Below, piece after piece: positions 9,426-18,867 of a DNA stretch of 64,000 bases. The position numbers and the translations under genes are program-made. The notes under the pieces are model-generated. The model did no database searches, was not told the origin of the DNA, and saw nothing but the letters and a program-made list of their open reading frames with translations. Positions within the stretch are counted from its first letter, which is position 1. Each line of letters begins with the position of its first letter. Source of the DNA: an uncultured bacterium (GTDB lineage Bacteria > Cyanobacteriota > Cyanobacteriia > Cyanobacteriales > JASJDA01); the NCBI GenBank assembly GCA_964458305.1, contig CAYWIH010000002.1, positions 32,599 to 96,598 of the forward strand, written 5' to 3'.

Positions 9426-10808
9426 ATGTCGATTAGGATGCGCGATCGCCTCCTGAAAAAATTGCGTTCAAAAGCTCTAGTAGTAATGATTATTACTTTT
9501 TTTGGAATGCTGTTTGGTTTGTTAGTAGATATACTAACTGCCGCTAGGTTTGGTAACAGTCAAACTGCTGACGCTTTAATTATTGCACTTTCCTTTCCTA
9601 GATTGATAGATACTGTCAGTCGCGAAGGGACAAAATTTAGTTTAGTACCTTTATTTATCGAGCGAAAAGAAGCACTGTCATCGAAGAGCTTCAATCATTT
9701 TGCAAGCGGTATTTTCAATCTGAGTTTAATATCAGGTATTACCTTAACAATTTTTTGTGAAATATTTGCCTCGATAATCTTAATTCCTTTAGCACCGGGC
9801 CTGTCTCCCGAAGCATTCAGCGAAACAGTTTTTTTATTTCGGGTTTGCGCTCCTTTAATAATTTTTGCTCCAGGAATAGCCGTGCTGAGCGTTCTACTCA
9901 ACAGCCAAAAACACTTTTATATGGTGGCTTTCCGCAATGCTGTCGCTCCCAGTTTTATGGTGGCTGCTTATGGTTTCGCTTGGAATGCTGAAAATGTTGC
10001 CTTTTGGGTTGTTTTATCTTTTGCGATCGGCTTTGCTGTTTTTTTGATTACTTTGTTTTTTGATGCTCGGAGAATTTTGGGACACCAACATCAATGGTTG
10101 GCAATAGCTTCTAAAGAGGATTTAGTTCGTCTTTGGGGAGCTGGTTTTTTACCCACTATCGGCTTTATTTTTCGACAGACGGGTAATATAATTTCGCGCC
10201 AATCATTAGTTACTTTAGCCGCTCCTCCCGGGGGAGTAGCAATTTTTTATTTTGCTACTCGTTTGTTTGCAGCAGCTCAAAATTTGATCGGAGTCAGTAT
10301 TGTTACCACTAGCTTACCGGCAATGACAGAACACGATCTGGCCGGAAATAGAGCTAAATTAGCCGCCGCTATCCGTAAAAATTTAGCCGATGTATTAATA
10401 GTTACTTTACCTGCAGTATTTTTAATCGTCTTTTTTAACGAGTACATTATTAATTTAATTTACCAAAGGGGTAACTTTTCGGCAGAAGATGTCAAGCAAA
10501 CTTCCGAGATTTTCTTTTGGTTGGGATGGGGATTAATTTTTACTTCTTTAGTGCCAGTTTTGAATTCTGGTTTGTACGCCCAAAGAGCTTATAATGTAGT
10601 CTTTAAAGTTATGGTTAGCATGACTTTTGTCGGGGTTATTCTTTCTTGGATATTTTTACAATGGAAAGGTTTGGCTGGGGTAGCGATCGCTATTTCTCTT
10701 AATGGTTTAATTGCCGTATTAACTTTGATATATTGCCTGTCTAAAACAGGAATTTCTTTAACGATCGTTCCTCGAAAAAAAGCGAATGCTAACATACAGA
10801 AAGATTGA
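9426..10808 (+). CDS. MOP-superfamily flippase (MurJ/MviN/Wzx-like polysaccharide biosynthesis protein)
   Basis: 460 aa polytopic membrane protein. N-terminus LVDILTAARFGNSQTADALIIALSFPRLI resembles MurJ/MviN. Sits in the polysaccharide cluster. Confidence 0.7.
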   Translation: MSIRMRDRLLKKLRSKALVVMIITFFGMLFGLLVDILTAARFGNSQTADALIIALSFPRLIDTVSREGTKFSLVPLFIERKEALSSKSFNHFASGIFNLSLISGITLTIFCEIFASIILIPLAPGLSPEAFSETVFLFRVCAPLIIFAPGIAVLSVLLNSQKHFYMVAFRNAVAPSFMVAAYGFAWNAENVAFWVVLSFAIGFAVFLITLFFDARRILGHQHQWLAIASKEDLVRLWGAGFLPTIGFIFRQTGNIISRQSLVTLAAPPGGVAIFYFATRLFAAAQNLIGVSIVTTSLPAMTEHDLAGNRAKLAAAIRKNLADVLIVTLPAVFLIVFFNEYIINLIYQRGNFSAEDVKQTSEIFFWLGWGLIFTSLVPVLNSGLYAQRAYNVVFKVMVSMTFVGVILSWIFLQWKGLAGVAIAISLNGLIAVLTLIYCLSKTGISLTIVPRKKANANIQKD

Positions 10809-10844
10809 GTAAGTCACTATTTTTAGAAAGAGGGTTAATATTAA

Positions 10845-11822
10845 ATGAACGTTTCTCAGCAAGCTCTAGCAACTCAATATTTAATAATCGGTGGAACGAC
10901 TAAAGCCGCTACTACATCTTTATATCGTTACTTGGACGATCGCCCCGATATTTGCGCTTCTACCATTAAAGAAACCAGATTTTTTATCGACGATGATTAT
11001 CCTTTATCTCCTTTAATAGCCGCTAAATGGTCGGAGGGAATCGAAAAATATAACGAGTGTTTCCCAAAAAATTATTCCTCAGAATGTTTGCGATTGGAAG
11101 CCTCTCCAGATTATCTTTATTCCGGGGGAACGCCAGCAAGAATCAAAGAATATTTACCCAATGCTAAGATAGTATTTATTTTGCGAGAACCGATTTCTCG
11201 ACTAATTTCTTGGTATAAATTTGCCAAACAGAAAGCATACATTCCCGCAGATATTAGTTTTGCAGAATACGTAGAAAAGCAATTTAAAAGCGGCTGTTTG
11301 GAAACAGCAAAAGCAGAAAAAAGAAAGAGCGATCGAGCCGATTTTGTACCTCAGAGTTTTTATTTTAGCACCTTAGAACAAGGCTGTTATTCTAAATACC
11401 TTAAACCTTATTTTGAAGGATTGGGAAGGGAAAATGTTTGTATTGTTTTTTACGAACAATTATGTAGCGATCCAAAATCTGTTTTAAAAGAAATCTGCGA
11501 TTTTGCTGGAATAGATCCATCTTTTTACGACAATTATAATTTTGAAGTATTTAACCGCAGCCAAACCATGAAAAGTAGCAACATACACGCTATTTACAGC
11601 AATTGTTTGAATGGAGTTCGCAAATACACTCATAAACTGCCAATTCGTCCCTTATTGCGCGCTACCCGTCAATGGTTTGATAGCACTATCTATCATCCTT
11701 TAAATACTCGTCCTCAAGAAAAAGTGGAAATTTATCCCACCCTTGAAAGTAAATTAAAAAATTACTATCAAAACGAAATTAAAGAGCTAGAAAACTTACT
11801 GGATCGATCGCTTCCCTGGTAA
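10845..11822 (+). CDS. PAPS-dependent sulfotransferase
   Basis: 5'-PSB loop IIGGTTKAATTSLYRYL and 3'-PB motif ILREPISRLISWY. Soluble, 325 aa. Confidence 0.8.
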   Translation: MNVSQQALATQYLIIGGTTKAATTSLYRYLDDRPDICASTIKETRFFIDDDYPLSPLIAAKWSEGIEKYNECFPKNYSSECLRLEASPDYLYSGGTPARIKEYLPNAKIVFILREPISRLISWYKFAKQKAYIPADISFAEYVEKQFKSGCLETAKAEKRKSDRADFVPQSFYFSTLEQGCYSKYLKPYFEGLGRENVCIVFYEQLCSDPKSVLKEICDFAGIDPSFYDNYNFEVFNRSQTMKSSNIHAIYSNCLNGVRKYTHKLPIRPLLRATRQWFDSTIYHPLNTRPQEKVEIYPTLESKLKNYYQNEIKELENLLDRSLPW

Positions 11823-11883
11823 TCTAGTAATAATTAAACTTAATGTCATTTAGTGAGGAAAGATCCCCAATCGTAGAGCTAAA

Positions 11884-13389
11884 ATGATTATAGCAATTAT
11901 TCATCAATATACAGTTAAAATTGCTTCTTGGTATAGATACGCTAAAGAAAATGGAGAGCTATCTTTTTGGATAGTATTTGCTGTAACTGTTTATCTTCCT
12001 TTTGAAGAATTTGTAATTAAATTCACTCCATTTCGAGGCATAATATTATTCGGCTTTCGCGTCCTCACCACCGAATTTATAATTTTTGCACTTTTTTTAA
12101 AATTAATATATGAAATAATATTTCGAGGCAAACAGTTTAAAAGAACCCCCTTAGATATTTTATTTATTGCTCTTTTATGTTCGATCTTCATTTCAATTAT
12201 CATTAACAAAGCGCAGATAATAGAGAGTTTAGTTAATATACGTCCGATATTTCGCTACATTCCCCTTTACTATGTTGTCGTTCACTTAGATATTTCCCGA
12301 GAAAAATTAAGCTTAACTTTGAAAACAATTAGAAGGATCGGCTTATTCCAAAGCTTGCTAGCAACCTTCCAATATTTTGCCCCTGTAAGCATTAGTAATT
12401 TTTTCCTTCCTTTAGATACGGGGGTATCAGTTGGGGGTTATCAAAGAAGTATGCTGCCAGCAAAAACAGGAGCAGCACTCGGCACTATGGGCATATCTCC
12501 CAATCTTACTACATTTAGTTTAATCTCACTGTCTCTTTTCATAACAACTATTTATAGCAAAGCAAAAAAAGCTTTTTTGCCATCTCTTCAAGAAATTTTT
12601 TGGATTTTAATCATCTTTTTTAGTATTTTTGCTACTTTAAAAAGAGCCAGTCTAGTACTTGCAGTTTTGATTCCTATCTTAGTATTGTGGCATCTTAATA
12701 AAAGAAAAAAAGCTTTAAAATTGGGCTGGTTTTACGGTGCTATCTTTTTCGGTTTAATCTTCACTTTATTAGTAGCGAATTTTCAGCCTCAGTCCCTAGC
12801 TGGTAGGGATGATAGACAAGAAAGAATCGAGCCTAGTGCTTATATAATAGAAATTTTTACCCCAGAATATTGGGAAAAAACCAGTGAAAATTCTCGGGGC
12901 TGGATGATAAGATATGTCGGAAGTTCTCTACTAAGATCTGAGGGGATTTGGTTTGGTTTTAGCCCGGCTTGGACGACATTAAAAGATAGATTGATCGAGC
13001 TTAATAAGGACGATCCTTTTGCTCAACAAAGATTTGAAGAATCTATTATAACTACCTTTGAAGATACTTACTGGTTAGCAATGTTAGCTTACTATGGAAT
13101 TATCGGGGTGCTAATTTATTTACTCATTCTCTGGCGTTTGTATCGATCTTGTCGATGGCTGACAAGAAATAGTTCCGATCCAGAATATCAATCTTTAGGA
13201 GCAACAGTGGCTACCTTAATTGTTATTTATCTCTTTTACTGTTGGGTTGAAAGGGTTTGGGAATTGAAAACAATTAGTTTTTACTTTTGGCTTTTAGCCG
13301 GTTTAGTTACTAATTCTTATTATGCTTTCAAAGAAAATGCTATTCGGCGACAACAAATGAAGAGAATACCCCATGAAAATCTTAAGTAA
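11884..13389 (+). CDS. O-antigen ligase/polymerase-like (Wzy-type) membrane protein
   Basis: 501 aa with more than 10 hydrophobic helices and a large loop. The region FATLKRASLVLAVLIPILVLW is typical of the Wzy_C family. Context next to flippase and PCP genes. Confidence 0.65.
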   Translation: MIIAIIHQYTVKIASWYRYAKENGELSFWIVFAVTVYLPFEEFVIKFTPFRGIILFGFRVLTTEFIIFALFLKLIYEIIFRGKQFKRTPLDILFIALLCSIFISIIINKAQIIESLVNIRPIFRYIPLYYVVVHLDISREKLSLTLKTIRRIGLFQSLLATFQYFAPVSISNFFLPLDTGVSVGGYQRSMLPAKTGAALGTMGISPNLTTFSLISLSLFITTIYSKAKKAFLPSLQEIFWILIIFFSIFATLKRASLVLAVLIPILVLWHLNKRKKALKLGWFYGAIFFGLIFTLLVANFQPQSLAGRDDRQERIEPSAYIIEIFTPEYWEKTSENSRGWMIRYVGSSLLRSEGIWFGFSPAWTTLKDRLIELNKDDPFAQQRFEESIITTFEDTYWLAMLAYYGIIGVLIYLLILWRLYRSCRWLTRNSSDPEYQSLGATVATLIVIYLFYCWVERVWELKTISFYFWLLAGLVTNSYYAFKENAIRRQQMKRIPHENLK

Positions 13390-13528
13390 GAATAGCTAAT
13401 CTAAGCATTCTTAAGATGGAACAAAATTACTAGGTTAAAGAGAGATAGATCGATATAAAAGTTATCTATCTAGGATTATTAACCAAATACAGAAATTGAA
13501 TTATAACCTTCACCTCAATCGACTATAA

Positions 13529-14497
13529 ATGCAACTCAAATTTTCCAAAAAGGAGCGATCTTTGTCTAGCATAAAATTACCCAATTTAGTCATAGCTGGA
13601 GTAGTTAAAAGTGGAACTACATCTATATACAGCTATCTTTCTCGCCATCGAGATATTTGTCCTTCTTCTGTTAAAGAAACTTGTTATTTTTCCTATTATC
13701 GCTACGGTAAGTGGGATAAACGTTATAGCGAAGAATTAGAACCATACCAACAATATCTAGGTTATTTCAGTCAGTGCGAAAATCAAAAATATATTATGGA
13801 AGCTACTCCCGGATATTTTGAAGGTGGGGGTAAACTCGCTCGAGAAATTCAAAAAACTTTAGGAGATAATGTCAAAATATTAATTGTTTTAAGAGATCCG
13901 ATCGGGCGGTTATTTTCCTTTTTTAAGTATAAAAAAAGTATGCTCGAACTCGATCGCCAGTTAACATTGGCTGAATATATAAGTAAATGCCAAGCCATGC
14001 CGATCGAGCAAAAAATTAAAGAAGAAAACGATCGTTACTGGGGTATAGATGGCGGATTTTATGCTAATTATTTACCTGATTGGTTTGATGTCTTTGGAGA
14101 CAATCTCAAAATAATGTTTTTTGACGACCTCAAACAAGATCCTAAACTGTTATTAAAAGATTTGTGCCAGTGGTTAGAAATAGATTTTTCTATTTACGAA
14201 TCTAGTAGTTTTGAAGTAGAAAATAAGAGCAGAAATTATAAAAGTCAAGCTTTGCAAAAAATAGCATTATTGGTAAATAATAAAGCTGAAAAATTTTGGC
14301 GAGCCAATCAGGGAATTAAAACTGCCTTAAGAAATATATATTATGCTGTTAACGGACAATCTCATCAAGAAACCATAAATGAAAAAACTCTTGATTATCT
14401 AAAATCAATTTACAATCCCTACAATCGCAAACTTGCAGGACAATTAGCCGAGCGAGGTTATACCGATCTTCCTTCCTGGTTAGCAGAATTAAATTAA
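13529..14497 (+). CDS. PAPS-dependent sulfotransferase (second copy)
   Basis: 5'-PSB loop VIAGVVKSGTTSIYSYL and 3'-PB motif VLRDPIGRLFSFF. Paralogous in layout to 10845..11822. Confidence 0.8.
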   Translation: MQLKFSKKERSLSSIKLPNLVIAGVVKSGTTSIYSYLSRHRDICPSSVKETCYFSYYRYGKWDKRYSEELEPYQQYLGYFSQCENQKYIMEATPGYFEGGGKLAREIQKTLGDNVKILIVLRDPIGRLFSFFKYKKSMLELDRQLTLAEYISKCQAMPIEQKIKEENDRYWGIDGGFYANYLPDWFDVFGDNLKIMFFDDLKQDPKLLLKDLCQWLEIDFSIYESSSFEVENKSRNYKSQALQKIALLVNNKAEKFWRANQGIKTALRNIYYAVNGQSHQETINEKTLDYLKSIYNPYNRKLAGQLAERGYTDLPSWLAELN

Positions 14498-14510
14498 CGG
14501 TCTTATTAAA

Positions 14511-16052
14511 ATGAAAATATTGCAAATAACCGCGATCGCGTTAACAGTATCAGTGGGAATTAGTTCTTGCAAATCCGCAGCACAAAATACTAACAATAAA
14601 GACAATACAATTAGGGCGACTTTATCGCCAAACAGACGAGAACTCGGCCCAAATTATGTTTGTTTTAATGTTAATACGGTGCAAGTTGATTCGTGGAGAT
14701 CGCCAAAATTAATTGCAGCGATCGATCTGCTCAAACCGAAATTATTAAGATTACCGGGTGGAGATGGTTCTAATTTTTGGGATTGGGAAAGGGGAGGACT
14801 AATTCAAGATACGGACGATTTACCCGATGAATTACCTTCTTTTTTAAGAGCTAATAGAGCGCGTCGATATACTAAAGGGAAACTAGAAGATTTTCAAGCA
14901 GGTTTAGAAGCAAGTAATACCAAGCCGATCTTTGTATTGAATATGCTTACTTCCGACTTAAAATCCCAAATGAAAATGCTGAAAACAGCCAGAGAAATGG
15001 GGATAAAAGTCGAACATATAGAACTGGGTAACGAATTCTATTTTGGACTTCCCAACTATCGAAAAATATTTCCGAATCCTCAAGCTTATGCCGATATTTC
15101 CAGTCGATGGATAACCGCAATTAAACAAGAATTTCCCGATGCTAAAATATCGACGATCGGTGTAATTCCAAAACAAAACCAAAATTATCGCCCGCGTTAT
15201 AAAAATTGGAATCGAGCTTTATTAAAAGAAGCATTACCAAAAGCTGACGCAATCGTGCTGCATATTTACGAGAATCACGGTTTAAATAATAACGATCGGG
15301 ATTTCGATGAAGAAGATCGTCAATTTCCTTTTTTTACTCCTGAAGAAACAGAAATAATTTTAGGAGAACCTTTTAGAAATTGGCAAAATATTCGCAATCA
15401 CTCTAACTTTCAGTTAATACCTGATGACAAAAAAATTTGGATTACTGAATACAACTTAATGGAAAAGATAATCTATAGAAATAAAGAAAAAACCCCGAGG
15501 GTAATAGGAAGTTGGGCCCACGGAATGTACGTTATGGCAATGAGTTTATCTTTTCTAGAAGATCCGCGAGTAGAAATAGCTTGCAATCATTCATTAATAA
15601 CTCGTAATTCTATGTTCGCAGCTGTTTTCGGCAATCGAAAAAGCTTTATAAATCCCTCAAATCCAGATTTAGAAGTTACTCCTTATAGTTTGTCCGCAAC
15701 AGGATCGGCTTTACAATTCCTGGGTAAAGCAACCGAACAAGTAAATTCAGCTCAAAAAATTAGTTTTGTCAACAGTCCAATTTTAAAAGGTAAAAATAAT
15801 TACCAATATCCCGCTTTATACGGTTGGATCTTTACTGATACTAGCAGCAACCAACAAGCATTAATTATGAACTTAGGCGATCGGAAAATTGAAGTAAATT
15901 TAGAGAATATATTCCCCGATACTACCAATTATCAACAAATTTACGGCAACCCCCGCACTTTAGTAACTGCTCCCGAGATTCTCGATCGCAACCAAGGACA
16001 AATTAACCGAAAAATTACTTTACCTCCTCATTCAATAACGAGATTACATTAG
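14511..16052 (+). CDS. Lipoprotein, clan GH-A (TIM-barrel) glycoside hydrolase-like (GH79/GH51/GH30-type signature)
   Basis: Signal peptide with lipobox MKILQITAIALTVSVGISS-C. Motifs LLRLPGGDGSNFWDW, IELGNEFYF (acid/base NE) and IWITEYNL (nucleophile E). Confidence 0.6.
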   Translation: MKILQITAIALTVSVGISSCKSAAQNTNNKDNTIRATLSPNRRELGPNYVCFNVNTVQVDSWRSPKLIAAIDLLKPKLLRLPGGDGSNFWDWERGGLIQDTDDLPDELPSFLRANRARRYTKGKLEDFQAGLEASNTKPIFVLNMLTSDLKSQMKMLKTAREMGIKVEHIELGNEFYFGLPNYRKIFPNPQAYADISSRWITAIKQEFPDAKISTIGVIPKQNQNYRPRYKNWNRALLKEALPKADAIVLHIYENHGLNNNDRDFDEEDRQFPFFTPEETEIILGEPFRNWQNIRNHSNFQLIPDDKKIWITEYNLMEKIIYRNKEKTPRVIGSWAHGMYVMAMSLSFLEDPRVEIACNHSLITRNSMFAAVFGNRKSFINPSNPDLEVTPYSLSATGSALQFLGKATEQVNSAQKISFVNSPILKGKNNYQYPALYGWIFTDTSSNQQALIMNLGDRKIEVNLENIFPDTTNYQQIYGNPRTLVTAPEILDRNQGQINRKITLPPHSITRLH

Positions 16053-17130
16053 TATAAGCCTCAGCAGCAGATACCCATGTCTGTAAATTCACCATCGGAG
16101 CTTGATTGGAGTTAAACTTTTGTAGTATCTTAACAGCAGCAGCTCGAGAATCTTTCGGATCGATCGCGATCGGAGCGTCTCCCCCCGCTTCTATGGCAGC
16201 AAAATTGCGATCGCTGACTATTGCCCAACGTCCGAAAGATACTGCTTCGGCAATAGGAAAACCAAAACCCTCATTATCCGAAAGATATACTACACCTTGA
16301 CAGCGTCGATACCACTCAGCTAAAGCCCGATCGTCGACGTGGCCGTGATAAGTTGCCCAAGAAATCTTATCGAGAGCCTTCAGAAACTCTTCACCCGCAC
16401 TTTGAGTAGATTTATTTAAGCCTCCTACCAAGTGTAATTCCCAATCTCGACCGCTTTCTTCTCGGATCGCAGCAACTAAGTTAACAGCTTCAAAGAGGCG
16501 TTTTGCTGCCGGATCTATGCGTCCTACCGACAGGATAAATGGTTTTTCTGGTGCTGGGATCGATACTGGTGGTAAATCTACTAAACTCGAGTCCGATCCG
16601 TTAGGTATTGCGATCGATTTTTCTTTTAGTTTGGCATTCGGACGGAAATACAAGAGATCTTTTTTTGTAAGTTGAGAGACAGTAATAATTTTTTTGGCAA
16701 AATTAATCGAAGCATCCAAATAAATCAGCGATCGCAGCTTCGTTTTCAACGTGCTGCCATACTTATCTCCTGTTTTCCATTCGTTAACATCGTGAATTAC
16801 TGCTACTGTGGGAGGATGCCAAGGTAGTACGATCGGATTGGATAGAAATACTACTTTTGTAATACCTGCTTCGCGACAGCAGCTAGCAAAATTACTGAAA
16901 AACCACAGATATCTTTTTGTAGGAGAATAGTCTAAAGCCGGAATGACACTAACGTAATCTTTTAATTCTTTTAAAGCTGCTGTTTTTTCGATCGCATTAG
17001 GAGAAGCCAATATCTTTACTTTCATCTCTTTTGCTTCTAATGCTGCTACTAAAGGAGGTAACAACCTTTCTAGATACTGCCCGATTCCCAGTTTAGGCCC
17101 TCTGAAATGAGCTATTAGACCAATATACAT
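16015..17130 (-). CDS. Glycosyltransferase family 4
   Basis: GT-B C-terminal EX7E region LSDNEGFGFPIAEAVSFGRWAIVSD. 371 aa. Its 3' end overlaps the convergent hydrolase gene by 38 bp. Confidence 0.8.
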   Translation of the reverse strand: MYIGLIAHFRGPKLGIGQYLERLLPPLVAALEAKEMKVKILASPNAIEKTAALKELKDYVSVIPALDYSPTKRYLWFFSNFASCCREAGITKVVFLSNPIVLPWHPPTVAVIHDVNEWKTGDKYGSTLKTKLRSLIYLDASINFAKKIITVSQLTKKDLLYFRPNAKLKEKSIAIPNGSDSSLVDLPPVSIPAPEKPFILSVGRIDPAAKRLFEAVNLVAAIREESGRDWELHLVGGLNKSTQSAGEEFLKALDKISWATYHGHVDDRALAEWYRRCQGVVYLSDNEGFGFPIAEAVSFGRWAIVSDRNFAAIEAGGDAPIAIDPKDSRAAAVKILQKFNSNQAPMVNLQTWVSAAEAYTNVISLLNEEVK

Positions 17131-18143
17131 AATTATTTTCTTTCGCTCGAGAGCTTTATTAAATTTATCTTTTTTTCACTACATATTCAGGATAAATACT
17201 GACTGAGGTGCTGTCAAACGAGGTGTGACGTTTCAGTAATCTCTGTTAGCAACCATTTTTAAGATCGCTAAGGAACAGCATTTAACAATAATGCATTTTG
17301 TCAATCAATGTCAGATGTCCTAACTTTTATTTTTACTGCTATTTCTCGGTTTTATTGTTAAGCAATGTTAAGAAAAATCCCCTTTTGCATAAAAGTCGGG
17401 CTTGTCGAGATAATAAACAATTAGATTAAGCTCTAATTTTCAAAAAAAATAAGAGTCTATCTGCAAACAAAATAATAATTAGATTTTCGGATTAACTGCA
17501 TTATTACTAATAATAATTTTATGTTGTTAATCTATCGTTAGTTACTTATAATAGGCTTAAATTGAGAATAAAAAGAGAAAAAACTAATTGCAAATCTTAA
17601 AAAAATAGCAAATTGCCAGCCAGTTGCAATGTATTACAATATACTTTGATAAAGGATTAATTGGGACAATTTATATGAAAAAATAACGCAAATTTAAAAA
17701 ACATCAAATCGATCGCCGATTGTAGCAAATAAAATGAATAGTCCCGATCCAGTCGATTATCAAAAATTGCTCGATCTCTTAAATGTCGATCGAAAACCAT
17801 AATTTAGTTAACTTACCACGATCGTTTTTGTCAAAAACTACTCATCAAATATCTTGCTTGAATTTCAGTTTGAGATAAAAAAAACGAGCTGACATTAGGC
17901 AATAATGAACCCAATACGATCGCTTGGCGAGAAGGCAGAAGCCGCTACTTTTAAATGTAGACTCGCGCGTTAACTTTGTAAACAAACAGAGGCAACAAGG
18001 GTGAGTTCAATATCAACTTAACAATTCTTACTTCCAGTAAAAGCAATTATTAAAGCCGCCATCCGAGAAGTCCAAATACTGTTCGATAACTTCTGAGGAG
18101 GTAATTAAACCGGCAGCAAAAACCTCAGCCTAGTAATAGTGCT

Positions 18144-18179
18144 AAAAGCTGAGTTCAGGTACGGTTTCAGCTTTTTTTT
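18144..18179 (+). terminator. Rho-independent terminator-like hairpin with no upstream ORF (attenuator candidate)
   Basis: AAAAGCTGA (18144-18152) pairs with TCAGCTTTT (18167-18175) around a 14-nt loop, inside a run of 8 T (18172-18179). Upstream CTGAGG (18093-98) and CCTCAGC (18123-29) can form competing stems. Confidence 0.5.
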
Positions 18180-18420
18180 GTCAATTTGTGCCCATCAAAT
18201 CATACTTTTTACTACCTTTTGACTAGCAAATTTACTCTTCTTAACATTAAGACCATACTTTTTCAGACAGACAAAATCGCAAATGCAAGAGAGTATAGTT
18301 AGTAACATTCATCAGTAAAAAGTTAGAGACATTCAGGAGAATAAATTTCTGCGAAAACTTGGAACAGACTACCTTGTAAAAAGTTAAGAGCACAGACAAT
18401 TTCTTATCGAAAGAAGAGCA

Positions 18421-18726
18421 ATGAAAACAAGTAAATTATTTTTAAACAAAAGCAAAATAGGTTTGCTAACGATCGTTTTTCTAAGTTTATTTCAGACCTC
18501 AACATTAGCAAAAGTCCCCGAAATTAACCAAATAAAAACATCAACTATAGAATCAAGTTCCGATCGAACTATAGCGCGCCGCAGATTATTCCGCGATCGC
18601 CGAGGACGCTGTTTTTTTATCAATCGCAACGGTCGTCGCGTTTATGTTCCCCGTCGTCGTTGTAGGATGCAAGAACGTCGTAGCAGATTCTCAAGCGATT
18701 TTAACAACAATCCCCTTTACTTATAA
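18421..18726 (+). CDS. Small secreted arginine-rich protein (hypothetical)
   Basis: Sec-type signal MKTSKLFLNKSKIGLLTIVFLSLFQTSTLA-K. The mature part is extremely basic, with three Cys (CFF, RRRCR) in RRRLFRDRRGRCFFINRNGRRVYVPRRRCRMQERRSRF. No recognisable family. Confidence 0.45.
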   Translation: MKTSKLFLNKSKIGLLTIVFLSLFQTSTLAKVPEINQIKTSTIESSSDRTIARRRLFRDRRGRCFFINRNGRRVYVPRRRCRMQERRSRFSSDFNNNPLYL

Positions 18727-18867
18727 GCCTCGAGATCTTGCTGTAACAAGCAGACTATTAACAAAGCCAAGTTTGATTTTACAGCACATAAAAAACCACT
18801 CAGCAAATTCGATCGAGGATCGATTAGCAAAAGTAGTCACAAAATACCATAATTTAGTTTACTTACC

